DNA of 64,000 bases, from the NCBI GenBank assembly GCA_963767925.1, contig CAVYGB010000002.1, positions 1,056,001 to 1,120,000 of the forward strand. The letters are read 5' to 3'. A program made the translations under genes and the position numbers. This document shows, one piece after another, positions 49,089-62,959 of the stretch. The notes below the pieces were generated by a model. That model was not told the DNA's origin and searched no databases. It was given only the letters and a program-made list of their open reading frames with translations. This stretch comes from an uncultured delta proteobacterium. GTDB taxonomy: Bacteria; Myxococcota_A; Polyangia; Fen-1088. The stretch's first letter is position 1. Every line of letters begins with the position of its first letter.

Positions 49089-51207
49089 TCAGCGCTTCAG
49101 CGCCTGTTCGGTCGCGCGTAGCAGCGGGCCGGCGCTGACGGGGGCGCCGGTGGCGTTTTGCATCCAGAGGTCGGGGGTGACGGCGCCGAAGCGGGCCATG
49201 CGCTCGAACTCGGGGCCCAGCTTGCCCGCCTTCTTCATGTGCTCCTCGATCTGGAAGGCGATGAGGTGGCCGAGCGGGTAGTTGAACAGGTACAGCGGGT
49301 AGCTGATCATGTGCGAGTAGATGCCGAGCAGGACCGAGTCCTTGCCCGCCCAGCACCGGCGCGTAGTACTGGTTCCAGACCTCGCGCGGCGATCTTCATG
49401 GTGGCCTCGCGCAGCTCCTTGGGGCTGGCGTTCGGGTGGTCGTACATCCAGTGCCACACGGCGATGTCGACCAGCGCGACGCCCGCGATCTCCCAGGTCA
49501 TCCAGAAGTCGTTGAGCACGCGCAGCCGCTCGCTCTCGGCGTCCGGCTTGGGGTAGCCGAGCAGCTCCAGGTCCTTGGCCTGGAACACGAACGCCAGCGC
49601 CTCGGTGAAGGCCGTGTTGGGCACCCCCGCCAGCAGGGTGTGGTCGACGTCGTACAGCGAGAAGACCTGCTCGACGTTGTGCCCCAGCTCGTGGACGGCG
49701 ATGTTGTAGCCCTTGTAGTTCATGCCGTCCTTCTCGACCCGGGTGCGCAGGTGGGGGAAGTCGCCCCGCCGCGCCGCCTGCAGGGCGTGCCCCGCCCCGC
49801 GCGACGGATCGACGACGATGTGCGCCGCCAGGTACCTGGCCCGGTCCTCGGAGAAGCCCAGGTCCTTGAGGAGGCGGGGCATGTCCTTGGCGAAGGCCGT
49901 CGGCGTTGGGGTAACGGGCCCGCGTCTTGGCGTCGAGCTCGGGCTCGGGGATCTTGCCCCGGGCCACGAAGCCGTTGAACCACAGGTCGTGCGGCTCGAG
50001 CTTGCGCCCGAGCTTCTTCTCCGCCTCCGCCGCCACCTCTGGCACCAGCGGTGAGGCGAGCACCTCCGTCAGCAGCGCCTTGACCCGCTCCTCCGGCATC
50101 TCGGCCCCCAGGTCGAAGGCCCGGGCGATCTGGGTGGGCGCCACCGGCGAGTAGGGGTCGGCCTTGCGCGCGGCCTGGAAGTTGCCCGAGCAGCTTGCTG
50201 TAGCGGACGTCGGGCTCGGGCACGTCGGGCTTCGGCTCGGGCTTGCCCGACGGCCTGGGGGCGTTGTCCTCGATCGCGCCCGCCGGGGCCGGCGTCACCT
50301 GGTTGGTGACCGGGTTCCAGTCGACGCGCGGGTTGTCGATCACGACCTGGGGGATGGTCTGGGTGACGATCCGCTCCATCACCCGCAGGATCATCCGCTG
50401 CTTGGCCAGCCCCACCTTGCTGTCGGCGTAGTTGCCCTTCAGCTCGTCGCGCAGGTTCCAGTGGCTGATGAGGCGCAGGCCCTTGGGGAACAGGCGCTGC
50501 CCGTTGTCGTCGAGCAGGTGGTGCATCCAGATGTTGTATTCGGAGATGTAAAGCTCAGCGGCGGCCGCCGCGGCGGCGATGTCCTGCTGGACCTCGGCCG
50601 GGACCCGCCGCCCGAAGCGCCCGGCCAGCCGGGTCTCGGCCCAGGCCCGCCGGCTGAAGCCCTTGCCCTGCTCGAGCTTGTCCTTCAACGTCGTCAGCGG
50701 AAAGTTCAGCAACACGACGAACCCCAGCTTGTTGCGAAACAGGTCCTCGATCATGTGGGCGCTCGGGATCGTAGCGCCGCGAACAGCGGGTCGACCTTCA
50801 GCAGCGGCCCCACGTCCAGGTCGGAGGGGCGCTCGCAGCTCGCGCGCGATCTCGAGCAGGTGCCCGTCGAGCTGCTCGAAGTTGGTCTGGAAGCGGGCGA
50901 ACACCCGGTCCAGCTCCCTGGGGTCGGCCAGGAAGTGCTCGCGGACGAAGGCCTTGAAGTCGGCCTCGCTGCCGTCCGCCTTGCGCCACAGGGCGGCCAC
51001 CTGGTCGATCCCCCGCTCGATGCGGGCGCGGCTGGCCTCGCCGTGTTGCTTGACCAGCTCGGCCTTGAGCGCGGCGAGGTCCTTCGGTTTCATCATCGGT
51101 TTGCCGGTCCCCCCGGGGCGCGGCCCTTGCGCCTGCGCCAGCGGCGCCGCCGCCAGCACCACCGCCAGCCCCAGCACCACGGTCTCGAGCAAAGTCGCCT
51201 TTTTCAT
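49089..51207 (-). CDS. Secreted zincin-like (HExxH) protein, several frameshifts
   Basis: Signal peptide, AVHELGHNVEQ, AFTEALA, HMISYPLY; fragments in ORFs 49720-51207, 49089-50144 and 49307-49882. Confidence 0.75.
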
Positions 51208-51680
51208 CGTGCGTCCCTTCGGGAAGAATACCCCCGTCGCGCCCCGCCGTCAGTCGTAGACAATGCGCGCGCGCCCGTCCAGGCCGGCGGCCAAGGCGAC
51301 GCCGAAGGCGACCGCGAAGACGACGGCCAGGCCGGCGCAGCCCGCCCGCGCCTCATCGCCGTCGCGCGCGGCGGTCGGCGGGACCCGAGACGTTCCAGCG
51401 GGCCGCCGGGCGGCGCAGGCCCGATTGCGGGCCCGCGGGCCGGTGGCCGCGCCACTGGCGCTCGCGCGGAAAACAGGTCGGACAGGGGCCGATCTTCGGG
51501 CGTTTTCCCGGGCGGGGCGGCTCGGCAGGACCCGGGCCCGAGCCAACCCGGCACACCCCGCGGGGGGGAAGGATCCGCCACTGGTCGCGGTGGCCCGCCT
51601 GATCACAGGCGGTTCCCAGCACGTAGCGACCGCGAACATAGGTTGTCGATCGAAAGCGCATCGCCGGTCCTGCCCGCCCG

Positions 51681-52112
51681 TCAGGGGCTGTCGATCGCGG
51701 GCTTCTTGGGGGTCTCGCCGCCGCCGGGGTCGGGCGCCTTGCGGGCCACGTCGACCTCCTCGTGGCGCGGGTGGTGCGCCCGCGGCTCGTCCAGGCTCGA
51801 GAGGATGTACGTCGACTCCATCATGTCGAACCCGGCGCGGTCGAGCTGACGCCGGAGCTGCTCACGGACCACCAGCCTGCTCGGTTCCGGGACGTCGTGG
51901 GTCTTCTGCATGATCTGGACGCGGAGCTGCTCCATCAGCGATGATCGAGCGGCTGGATCATGTTTCACCTCGTCGGGGATCCAGAGCGGCTCGGTCTCCG
52001 CCGCCACGTAGCCACCGGGGTACGGCTGTCCGTGCCGCCCATCACCAAGCAGCGAGGGTGCGCAGCTTGCCAGCGCGGGGAATAACAACAGCGTCAAACC
52101 GATTCGGGTCAT
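51681..52112 (-). CDS. Hypothetical lipoprotein
   Basis: MTRIGLTLLLFPALASC lipobox; RBS GAGGAG. Confidence 0.65.
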   Translation of the reverse strand: MTRIGLTLLLFPALASCAPSLLGDGRHGQPYPGGYVAAETEPLWIPDEVKHDPAARSSLMEQLRVQIMQKTHDVPEPSRLVVREQLRRQLDRAGFDMMESTYILSSLDEPRAHHPRHEEVDVARKAPDPGGGETPKKPAIDSP

Positions 52113-52305
52113 GCTTGGCTCCTCGGTGATGGGGTCGGGAACCACCCCCTGGATGGTCCCGGGAAGGGCGATGCAGGAGCCGGACTGGTTGTGACGGATA
52201 ATCGGACGCCCGAATGGGCCTGGGTGGCTGGACGTGGCGCGGCTGGCGCGTCGCGTGCGTCGGGGCGGCCGCGATAACTTATTCAGAGGTCGAGTGAGGG
52301 GGCCA

Positions 52306-54978
<2,673 letters not shown>

Positions 54979-54991
54979 CGAGCGTGCGGCA

Positions 54992-55642
54992 ATGAAACCA
55001 ACCGAGACCGTGCCCACCCCGGCGGAGGCGCCGGAGGAGCGGATCGCCGCCTGCCTCGCGGAGGGCCGCCTGGGGGACGCCGCCACCGCCGGGCTGCGGG
55101 CCTACGGCGCCGAGATCGGCGGCTACCTGGCCGCCGTGCTGCGCGACTCCACCGCCGCCTCCGACGTGTTCTCCGACGTGTGCGAGGACATCTGGCGGGG
55201 CATCGGCCGCTTCCGGGGCGACAGCTCGTTTCGCACCTGGGCCTACGCGGTAGCCTGGAACGCGGTCAAGATGTACCGACGCGATCCGTTCCGGCGGCGC
55301 GCCCAGCGGCTGCAGACCAGCGACTACTCCCGCCTGGCCGATCGCCTGGCGAAGAGCTCGCTGCTGCACGCCGACCCGCTGGCCAAGGACCGCCTGGCCC
55401 GCCTGCGCGCCAGCTTGACCCCGTTCGAGCAGTCGATGCTGATCCTGCGGATCGATCGCGGCCTGCCCTGGCGCGAGATCGCCCTGATCCTCGCGGAGGA
55501 GGGCGACGGCACCCCGGTCGATCCCGCCAGCGTGCCAGCCACCTTGCCCGCCACCTTGCGCAAGCAGTTCGAGCGCCTCAAGGATCGCCTGCTGGCCCAG
55601 GCCACCCTCGAGGGCCTCGCCGACCCCGCCCGCGGCCCGTAG
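54992..55642 (+). CDS. ECF sigma factor (kinase-associated type)
   Basis: YGAEIGGYL, FRGDSSFRTWAY, LILRIDRGLPWREIA, LRKQFERLK. Confidence 0.85.
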   Translation: MKPTETVPTPAEAPEERIAACLAEGRLGDAATAGLRAYGAEIGGYLAAVLRDSTAASDVFSDVCEDIWRGIGRFRGDSSFRTWAYAVAWNAVKMYRRDPFRRRAQRLQTSDYSRLADRLAKSSLLHADPLAKDRLARLRASLTPFEQSMLILRIDRGLPWREIALILAEEGDGTPVDPASVPATLPATLRKQFERLKDRLLAQATLEGLADPARGP

Positions 55643-55668
55643 CCGTTACCGGCGCACGGGCGGCGCGG

Positions 55669-56355
55669 TCAGCTCCGGCGCAGCCGGCGGGTGACGACGA
55701 TGTGGCCCGCGAGGGCGAACACAACCGGCCCCGCGGCCAGCCAGACGTAGGGGAAGTGGGTGACCCACAGGTTCAGGTTGTGGGGCTCGGAGCCGAACGC
55801 CGCGACGATCGGGGTGGTGGCCACGGCGATGGCGGCGATCATCGCCAGGGTGGCGAAGCCGAGGAGGTTCCAGGCCCAGATCGCCCAGCGCGGGCAGCCG
55901 CCGCGGGCGATCCACCAGGCCAGCGGCACCGCCAGGATGCCGACGAGGATGTCGAGGTTGAAGCCGGAGTAAGAGAGCTGCATCGGCATGATCCGCTCGT
56001 TGGCCGCGTGGTGCATCACCAGCTCGAGCGGCAGCCGGAAGGCCTGCGCCCCCACCAGCGCCACCAGGGAGAAGGCCTCCGCCACCCGCGCGCCCAGCGG
56101 CGACAGCCCCAGCCCCAGGGCCAGCGCGATCACCGCCGCCATGAACAGCAACATCGGCGGCGGGCGCAGGTCGAACCGCCCGAGCACGCCGGCAACCGCC
56201 AGCACGGCGGCCAGCCCGTACCAGCCCACCACCCCCGCCACCCCCTCGGCCATCCGCCCGGTCGATCGCGCCACCGCCAGGACGAACATCACCGCCACCA
56301 GCAGGGCCAGGCCGGTGATGCCGGCGGCGACGATGGGATCGTGGTCGAACCGCAT
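55669..56355 (-). CDS. Hypothetical multi-TM membrane protein
   Basis: QAFRLPLEL, NLDILVG, WNLLG, FPYVWL; about 7 TM segments. Confidence 0.8.
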   Translation of the reverse strand: MRFDHDPIVAAGITGLALLVAVMFVLAVARSTGRMAEGVAGVVGWYGLAAVLAVAGVLGRFDLRPPPMLLFMAAVIALALGLGLSPLGARVAEAFSLVALVGAQAFRLPLELVMHHAANERIMPMQLSYSGFNLDILVGILAVPLAWWIARGGCPRWAIWAWNLLGFATLAMIAAIAVATTPIVAAFGSEPHNLNLWVTHFPYVWLAAGPVVFALAGHIVVTRRLRRS

Positions 56356-56492
56356 GCCCCGAACATACCCCGACTGCCGGGAGCCCGATCGCGCGGCGCC
56401 GGCTGCGCGCCGGACCCACATGCTCACACCCGATCCCGGCGCATCGCCGGCGGCGGGATCGCCCTTGTGGTCCGCGGCGGCGCCGTGGCCAA

Positions 56493-57536
56493 ATGGAGAA
56501 GATGAAGAGGGTACTGAAGGTCGTGGGGGTGATCCTGGGGATGGTCGTGGGAGGTGTGGTGGTGTTCGTGGCCACCTTCGAACCCAAGCAGCGGCCGCCG
56601 CTGAGCGAGACCATCGAGCGGACCCCGGCGCGGCTCGAGCGCGGCAAGTACCTGGTCGAGGCGGTGCTGGGCTGCATGGACTGCCACGCGGCCAAGGATC
56701 CCACCCGCTTCGGGATGCCGGTGACCGGCCCACCCGGGGCGGGGGCGCCGTGCCTGGGGCCGGAGATGGGGATGCCGGGGTCGATCTGTCCGTCCAACAT
56801 CACGCCCGATCCAGAGACCGGCATCGGCGCCTGGACCGACGGGGAGATCCTGCGCGCCATCCGCGAGGGGATCAGCCGCGACGGACGCGGGCTGTTCCCC
56901 TTCATGCCCTATAGCTCGTACAAGGGCCTCTCGGACGAGGACGGGCGCGCGGTGGTGGCCTACCTGCGCACGCTGGCCCCGGTCAAGCAGGTGGTGCCGA
57001 AGTCGGTCGTCGATTTCCCGGTCAGCTTCTTCGTCAAGATGGCGCCCAAGCCGCTGCCGGGGCCGGTGCCCGAGCCAGACACCGCCGACAAGGTGGCCCA
57101 CGGCAAGTACCTCGCGCAGGTGAGCGGCTGCCAGTTCTGCCACACGCCGGTCGACTCGCGGCACGTCCCGATCGCGGCGCAGGAATTTTCGGGCGGGCAG
57201 GAGTTCAAGGGGCCCTGGGGCGTCGTGCGCTCGGCGAACCTGACCCCCCACGCCACCGGCCTCGGCGATCGCGACGAGGCCGCCTTCGTGGGGCTCCTCA
57301 AGGCCTTCGCCCTCGCCGCGGCCGACGTGCCCCAGGTGCCGATCGATCAGAACACCGTGATGCCCTGGCTCACGCGCGCGCACATGACCGCGCCGGACCT
57401 CGGCGCCATCTACGCCTACCTGCGCACGCTGCCGGGCATCGCGCGCATCGTCGAGAAGCGCCTGTTGCCGAAGGTCCCCGGCCTGCCCGTCGAGGGCGAA
57501 GAGGCCACGCCGCCGGCCGCCCCCGCCACGCCCTGA
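56493..57536 (+). CDS. Diheme cytochrome c
   Basis: CMDCH and CQFCH, NITPDPETGIGAWTD, MPY and MPW. Confidence 0.92.
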   Translation: MEKMKRVLKVVGVILGMVVGGVVVFVATFEPKQRPPLSETIERTPARLERGKYLVEAVLGCMDCHAAKDPTRFGMPVTGPPGAGAPCLGPEMGMPGSICPSNITPDPETGIGAWTDGEILRAIREGISRDGRGLFPFMPYSSYKGLSDEDGRAVVAYLRTLAPVKQVVPKSVVDFPVSFFVKMAPKPLPGPVPEPDTADKVAHGKYLAQVSGCQFCHTPVDSRHVPIAAQEFSGGQEFKGPWGVVRSANLTPHATGLGDRDEAAFVGLLKAFALAAADVPQVPIDQNTVMPWLTRAHMTAPDLGAIYAYLRTLPGIARIVEKRLLPKVPGLPVEGEEATPPAAPATP

Positions 57537-57599
57537 CGATTTCGTGCGCCGAACGGCCCGGATCGCCCGGATGGCGGATGACCGTGGCTTCTCCCCGCT

Positions 57600-57648
57600 C
57601 GTTCGCCCTCGCCCCGCGGCAGCGGGGAGAGAGAGGAGTGAGGGGTCT
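57600..57648. repeat. Solo arm of the REP/MITE family
   Basis: CGTTCGCCCTCGCCCCGCGGCAGCGGGGAGAGAGAGGAGTGAGGGGTCT. Confidence 0.8.
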
Positions 57649-57652
57649 CCGC

Positions 57653-58615
57653 TTACAACATCAGCCAGTCGATGGCCGCGCCGAGCAGCTTGAGGCCGTT
57701 GTCGTTGAGATAGAGCTGCGTCACCGGGGGCGGGGCGTGTACGGCGAAGAAGAACTGCAGGCGGCGGGCCGGCGCGGGCCGGTCGACCATCATCGCCCCC
57801 GCGGGGTACCCGAACAGCACCCAGCGCTCCGGCTTGCCTTTCACCGTCGCGATCTTCACCGCGCCCGGCCCGGGCGTGCCCCAGAACATCTCCTGGGTGC
57901 GGGCGTACACCGTGAGGTCGCCCGCGGGAAAGCCCGCCGTGAGCACCGGATCGGTGGCGGCGATATTGAGCTGGGTGAGGCCCTGCTCGAAGCCGTGGCC
58001 GGCGTCGCTGGTCATGCCGAGCACCGGCAGCAGGAAGTGCTCGAACACGATGATGGGCGCCTTGACGTCGGCGAAGGCCGCCCGGGCGGCGAAGCTCCCG
58101 CTCTGCATGCTGCAGGAGAGCACGACGACCCGCTTGCCGGCGGCGTCGGCCGCGGTGGCGTCGACCTCCCGGACCTCCTGCACCTCGAGCTTGCGGGCCA
58201 GCAGCGCATCCCGGATCTGGACGTCGGTGCCGACCAGCGGAATCGTGCCCACCACCATGAGCGCCTTGCCGCCCGCGGCCGGTGCGCCAGGCTCGGAGGG
58301 CCGCGGGGGTTTCGTCGCCGCCGCCCCGTCGGTGGGTGGCGGCGGCTCGACCGGCGGTCCACCGGCACCGGGGGCGTTGCCACCCCCGCCACCCGCCCCC
58401 GCCGGGGGAGCCGGAGGCGGAGCGGGCGCCGGCGCGGCCGCGCCAGGCGCCGGGGCGCCCGGGCTGGCCGATCCGCCCGGTCCGGGGGCAGCCGGAGCCG
58501 CGCCACCGGCCCCCTCGCTGCTCGGGGCGGGCGCGCCGGACGACCCCGACTTGCACGCGGCAAAGGCACACATCACCAGGCTGGCGAGCAGCAAAGGCCG
58601 GGTCGCGGTGTTCAT
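57653..58615 (-). CDS. Pro-rich lipoprotein with a C-terminal globular domain
   Basis: AFAAC lipobox, Pro/Gly linker, terminal LLGAAIDW. Confidence 0.75.
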   Translation of the reverse strand: MNTATRPLLLASLVMCAFAACKSGSSGAPAPSSEGAGGAAPAAPGPGGSASPGAPAPGAAAPAPAPPPAPPAGAGGGGGNAPGAGGPPVEPPPPTDGAAATKPPRPSEPGAPAAGGKALMVVGTIPLVGTDVQIRDALLARKLEVQEVREVDATAADAAGKRVVVLSCSMQSGSFAARAAFADVKAPIIVFEHFLLPVLGMTSDAGHGFEQGLTQLNIAATDPVLTAGFPAGDLTVYARTQEMFWGTPGPGAVKIATVKGKPERWVLFGYPAGAMMVDRPAPARRLQFFFAVHAPPPVTQLYLNDNGLKLLGAAIDWLML

Positions 58616-58764
58616 GGATCCACCATCTCCCGCGAAACGCCCGTCAGGGGAAGCCGTTTCAACCCGCACAACCCCCAGCCGCCCTGCCCCCCGCCACCAA
58701 CCCGAGGACAGCTCCAATCAGGAGCTATCCAGCGCCGGCGCAGCCGCACCGGTTGCACGCGTAG

Positions 58765-59124
58765 TTACATCGAGCCCTCGGCGGCGCCACCCTTCTCGTT
58801 GGGGCCTCCGCCGCTGGCGGTCGGGACGGGCAGAGGGGCGCGCGGGCGGCCGTTGTTGACCCGCTCGCGCAGCTCCTTGCCGACCTTGAAGAAGGCCAGC
58901 CGCTTGGGCTTGACGTGGACCGTCTCACCGGTGCGCGGGTTGCGGCCCTCGTAGGCCTCGTACTCGCGGATGGTGAAGCTCCCGAAGCCGCGTATCTCGA
59001 TGCCCTCGCCCCGCTTGAGCGCCTCGATCATCGCCTCGAAGATGTGGTCGACGACGAGCTCGGCTCGACCCCAGGGGAACTTCAGCTTCTCGGCGACGGC
59101 CGCGATGAGATCGGCTTTCGTCAT
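58765..59124 (-). CDS. ihfB: Integration host factor beta / HU-family DNA-binding protein
   Basis: MTKADLI..IEIRGFGSF..GRNPRTGE..FKVGKELRERVN. Confidence 0.88.
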   Translation of the reverse strand: MTKADLIAAVAEKLKFPWGRAELVVDHIFEAMIEALKRGEGIEIRGFGSFTIREYEAYEGRNPRTGETVHVKPKRLAFFKVGKELRERVNNGRPRAPLPVPTASGGGPNEKGGAAEGSM

Positions 59125-59260
59125 GGCCCGTCCCGAGCCTTATAGCACGGGTGTAACTGTCCGTGGAAACGGAGGTTTTTAGCACCCCCAGGTTGACGAC
59201 CTGTAACCATACCGGCAGGGCCCTGCCACCTCCTCGCCACCGTCCGCTCGCCATACTCGA

Positions 59261-60490
59261 ATGGCCATGTCAGCGGATGACGCAATCTCGACCATCCTGT
59301 GGGCCCTGGGCGGGCTGGCTCTCGCCGGCCTGGCGGTCAATCTGCTGGCCGACCGGGCCCTGCGCCGCTGCCTGCGCGGCCCGGCCCCCGGCCCCGGGGT
59401 CGCCCCCGGCCCCTCCCCTGCCGTCAGCATCCTCAAGCCGGTCAAGGGCCTGGACGACGGCCTCGAGGAGAACCTGCTGTCCCTGGCCGACCAGGCCTAC
59501 CCGACCTTCGAGATCCTCGTCGGGGCCGCCGACCCCGACGACCCCGCCCTGGCCGTCGCCCGCCGGGTGGCCAGCCAGCGCCCCGCCGCCGCGATCCGGG
59601 TGGTGGTCTGTCCCGCCGACGGCGGCCTGAACCCCAAGGTCTCGATCCTGCGCGTGCTCGGGGCCCGCGCCCGCCACGACCTGCTGCTGATCTCCGACTC
59701 CAACGTCCGGGCCGACCCCGGCTACCTGACCGCCACCACGCGCGAGCTGGACGACCCCGCGGTCGGCCTGGTCACCAACCTGGTGGCGGGCAGCGGCGAG
59801 CGCAGCACCGGCGCCACCCTCGAGGGCCTGCACCTGGTGACCTTCGTGGCCCGGGCCACCGCCTTCGCCGCCGCCCACCTGGCGCGCGCCTGCGTGGTCG
59901 GCAAATCGATGCTGTTCCGCCAGTCCGACCTGGCGCGGGTAGGCGGCTGGAGCTCCGTGCGCGACGTGCTCGCCGAGGACTACGTCATCGGCCAGGCCTT
60001 CCAGCGCGCCGGCTACCGCGTGGTCTGCTCGGGCCACGTCATCCACACCTACAACCGCGACTGGCCGGTCTCCCGCTTCGTCAACCGCCACCTGCGCTGG
60101 GGCCAGATGCGCCGGCGCGTGCACCTGCCCGCCTACCTGCTCGAGCCGGTGCTCAGCCCGACCTCGCTGCTGATGGTGATGGTGATGCTGTCGCTCTGGG
60201 CCGGCACCGCCGTCGACCTCGTCGTGCCGCTCGGCCTGCTCGGGATCGGGATCCGGCTGCTCGCCGACCGCGCCCTCTGGCGGCTCATGCGGGGGACGCC
60301 GCCCCCCCTGTCGACCCTGCTGCTGGGGCTGCCGAAGGACCTGCTCGTCCTCGGCGTGTGGCTGGTGGCTGGCTTCCGCCGCACCATCCACTGGCGCGGC
60401 AACATCGCCACCATCGGCCCCGGCACCCGCCTGCAGGCCAAGCCGCCCCGCCCCCAGCCCACCGCCGCCCCCGCCCTGCGTCCTTCCTGA
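59261..60490 (+). CDS. GT-A glycosyltransferase, ceramide glucosyltransferase/HpnI-like
   Basis: VSILKPVKG, NPKV, ISDSN, LAEDY, RHLRW, WRG. Confidence 0.9.
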   Translation: MAMSADDAISTILWALGGLALAGLAVNLLADRALRRCLRGPAPGPGVAPGPSPAVSILKPVKGLDDGLEENLLSLADQAYPTFEILVGAADPDDPALAVARRVASQRPAAAIRVVVCPADGGLNPKVSILRVLGARARHDLLLISDSNVRADPGYLTATTRELDDPAVGLVTNLVAGSGERSTGATLEGLHLVTFVARATAFAAAHLARACVVGKSMLFRQSDLARVGGWSSVRDVLAEDYVIGQAFQRAGYRVVCSGHVIHTYNRDWPVSRFVNRHLRWGQMRRRVHLPAYLLEPVLSPTSLLMVMVMLSLWAGTAVDLVVPLGLLGIGIRLLADRALWRLMRGTPPPLSTLLLGLPKDLLVLGVWLVAGFRRTIHWRGNIATIGPGTRLQAKPPRPQPTAAPALRPS

Positions 60491-60633
60491 CCGGCGGCCC
60501 GCGGCCACCCTCCCTCGGGGGATCCCTGGAAAGGGGGCCTCCGCACCTGGGTGTCACCTGGGTGAATCCATATTGGGTATGCGTGCCCGGGCCGCGCCAC
60601 GTAGCGCCCCAGTCGGCTGCGGGCCCGCACCGC

Positions 60634-61890
60634 ATGGAACCTGCCCAGACGACCGCGCCGGAGCTCGACCGGAAGGGACGCAGCCGCGTCCTCGACATGC
60701 TCGAGAGCCTCCTGGCCCTGCCGTCCGCCGAGCTGAAGGCGACGCTGACCTCGGCCTGCGACCTGGTGGCGAAGGCCCTGCGCGCCGACAAGGTGGACGC
60801 GTTCGTGTACGACCCGGCCAGGAGCAGCCTCGACGCCATCGGAACCAGCAACCAGCCGCTGTCGGCGCTCGAGCGACGCCTGGGCCTCGACGTGCTGGCC
60901 CTGGCCAACGGCGGGCGCGTCGTGCAAGTGTTCAGCACCGGCAAGACCTTCCTGACCGGCGCGCTCGAGCGGGACCCCGAGGAGCTGCGCGGGATCAAGG
61001 AGGGTCTGAAGGTCCGATCCTCGCTCGGCGTCCCTCTCGAGGTGGGCGGCGCGCGCCGGGGCGTGTTGATGGTAGCCTCGCAGACCCCCGACTTCTTCAC
61101 CGCCGAGGACGCGCGCTTTGCCGAGCTGGTCGTGCGCTGGGTGGGCATGGTCGCCCACCGGGCCGAGCTGGTCGAGACGATCACCCGCGCCGCCCACGAG
61201 CAGGGCCGCCAGATCGCCGCCGAGGAGCTGGTCACCGCCCTGGCCCACGACCTGCGCAACCTGCTCGCGCCGCTGAAGGCCCGGCTGTACGTGCTGCAGA
61301 CGCGCGCCGGGCAGCAGGGACGCGCCGACGACGCCCGCGACGCCGAGTCGGCCACCCGCATCGTGCAGCGGCTGGCCGGCATGATCGGCAACATGCTCGA
61401 CAGCGCCCGGATCGACAGGGGGATCTTCCAGATCGAGCAGCGCCCGCTGTCGATGGTGGCCTTGTGCCGCGAGGTGGCCCGCCTGATGGCCACCGACGAC
61501 CAGCCGGTCGAGGTGACTGCCGCCGAGGATCTTGCCGTCGAGGGGGACGGAGAGCGGCTGCGCCAGTGCCTGGAGAACATCGTGGCCAACGCCGTTCGAC
61601 ACTCACCGCGGAACACCGCCGTGCAGGTGAACGTGGGACAGGAGGCTCGCGCCGAGGGTCCCAGGGTCAAGGTGGTGGTCCGCGACGAGGGCCCCGGCAT
61701 CCCCGCCGAGGTGTTGCCCCGCATCTTCGACCGCTTCGCCACCGGCGAGCGCTCGATCGGCCTGGGCCTGGGCCTGTACCTGGCCCGGCAGATCGTCGAG
61801 GCCCACGGCGGCCAGCTCACCGTGGAGTCGACCCTCGGCGAGGGGGCGCGCTTCATCATGGTCCTGCCCGCGTTCGTCTCCGCGGGCTGA
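60634..61890 (+). CDS. GAF-domain sensor histidine kinase
   Basis: GAF domain (SSLGVPL..FTAED), AHDLRNLL, NIVANA, DEGPGI, GLGLGL. Confidence 0.92.
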   Translation: MEPAQTTAPELDRKGRSRVLDMLESLLALPSAELKATLTSACDLVAKALRADKVDAFVYDPARSSLDAIGTSNQPLSALERRLGLDVLALANGGRVVQVFSTGKTFLTGALERDPEELRGIKEGLKVRSSLGVPLEVGGARRGVLMVASQTPDFFTAEDARFAELVVRWVGMVAHRAELVETITRAAHEQGRQIAAEELVTALAHDLRNLLAPLKARLYVLQTRAGQQGRADDARDAESATRIVQRLAGMIGNMLDSARIDRGIFQIEQRPLSMVALCREVARLMATDDQPVEVTAAEDLAVEGDGERLRQCLENIVANAVRHSPRNTAVQVNVGQEARAEGPRVKVVVRDEGPGIPAEVLPRIFDRFATGERSIGLGLGLYLARQIVEAHGGQLTVESTLGEGARFIMVLPAFVSAG

Positions 61891-61935
61891 GCCCTTGTCG
61901 GGCGGGGCTACCGGCCGCACCTTGCCCCCGGCTGC

Positions 61936-62445
61936 ATGGAATCTTTTGGTGACCGCGCCTGGGCCACGCTGAAGGACGAGTTCTCGGACCTCGGCGAAGG
62001 CCTGCCGCTGATCCGGCTGCTCGTGCGGCTGGTAGTGGCCGCCCTGCTCGGGGGGCTCATCGGCTACGAGCGCAAGCAGGCCGGCAAGGACGTCGGCCCC
62101 CGCACCCACATGCTGGTGGCGGCCGGCTCGGCCCTTTTCGTGATAGTCCCGCAGCAGGCCGGCATGCCGATGTCCGACCTCAGCCGCGTGCTGCAGGGGC
62201 TGCTCGCCGGCATCGGCTTCATCGGCGGCGGCGCCATCCTGAAGTCGCCCGAGCAAGGCCGGGTCCAGGGCATCACCTCCGCCGCCGGCCTCTGGATGGT
62301 CGCCGCGGTGGGCGTGGCCGTCGGCCTGGGCCGCACCGCCACCGCCATCGTCGCCGCCCTCTTCTCCTACGCGGTCCTCTCCCTGATGTACCGCCTCGAA
62401 CGCCGCATGGACATCGGCAAGGACCACCACCCCCTGCAGCCGTAG
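61936..62445 (+). CDS. MgtC/SapB family membrane protein
   Basis: GGLIGYER..GPRTHMLV, GIGFIGGGAI, GITSAAGLW. Confidence 0.92.
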   Translation: MESFGDRAWATLKDEFSDLGEGLPLIRLLVRLVVAALLGGLIGYERKQAGKDVGPRTHMLVAAGSALFVIVPQQAGMPMSDLSRVLQGLLAGIGFIGGGAILKSPEQGRVQGITSAAGLWMVAAVGVAVGLGRTATAIVAALFSYAVLSLMYRLERRMDIGKDHHPLQP

Positions 62446-62464
62446 GCGCCGGGAGGGGCGGACC

Positions 62465-62887
62465 CTACCGGGTGTGCTTCCAGATCCGGATGACGTCGCC
62501 CACGCGCTCGTACGAGAGCTGCTTGGCCTTGACGACGATGTGAAGCGCCTGCTCCCAGGGGACGTTGCGCATCTTGATCGTCACCTCGCCCGTGACGCCA
62601 TCGGTGGTCTCGAGGGTCACCTGTCCGGCGTCGGCGAGCAGGCGCAGGACGCGGTGGATATCCGCCCCACGGAAGTCGAGATCGATCCGCCGGCCGGTGA
62701 ACGTGGACGGATCCGGCTCGGTCGCCTCGACGCGCGGTCGCACGGTCCCCTCGGGGAGGGCCGGGGGGAGCGGCGCTTGCCGCGCGCCCGCGGGGCGAAG
62801 GGTACGGGTCGGCTCGACCGGGGGGATCCGCGATGCGAACGCGGGACCCGCGGCCAGCAGGACGACGATCACGCTGAAAGACCGCAT
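62465..62887 (-). CDS. Small secreted protein consisting of a PilQ-like secretin N-terminal (N0/STN) domain
   Basis: Signal peptide, FTGRRIDLDFRGADIHRVLRLLAD..VTGEVTIKMRNVPWEQAL. Confidence 0.8.
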   Translation of the reverse strand: MRSFSVIVVLLAAGPAFASRIPPVEPTRTLRPAGARQAPLPPALPEGTVRPRVEATEPDPSTFTGRRIDLDFRGADIHRVLRLLADAGQVTLETTDGVTGEVTIKMRNVPWEQALHIVVKAKQLSYERVGDVIRIWKHTR

Positions 62888-62959
62888 CGTGCGCCGGGGT
62901 ATCGGCGGGTCCTGGCGATCGGTTGAGGCGCGCCCGCTGCGAGGGCGAAAGCGCGCCGA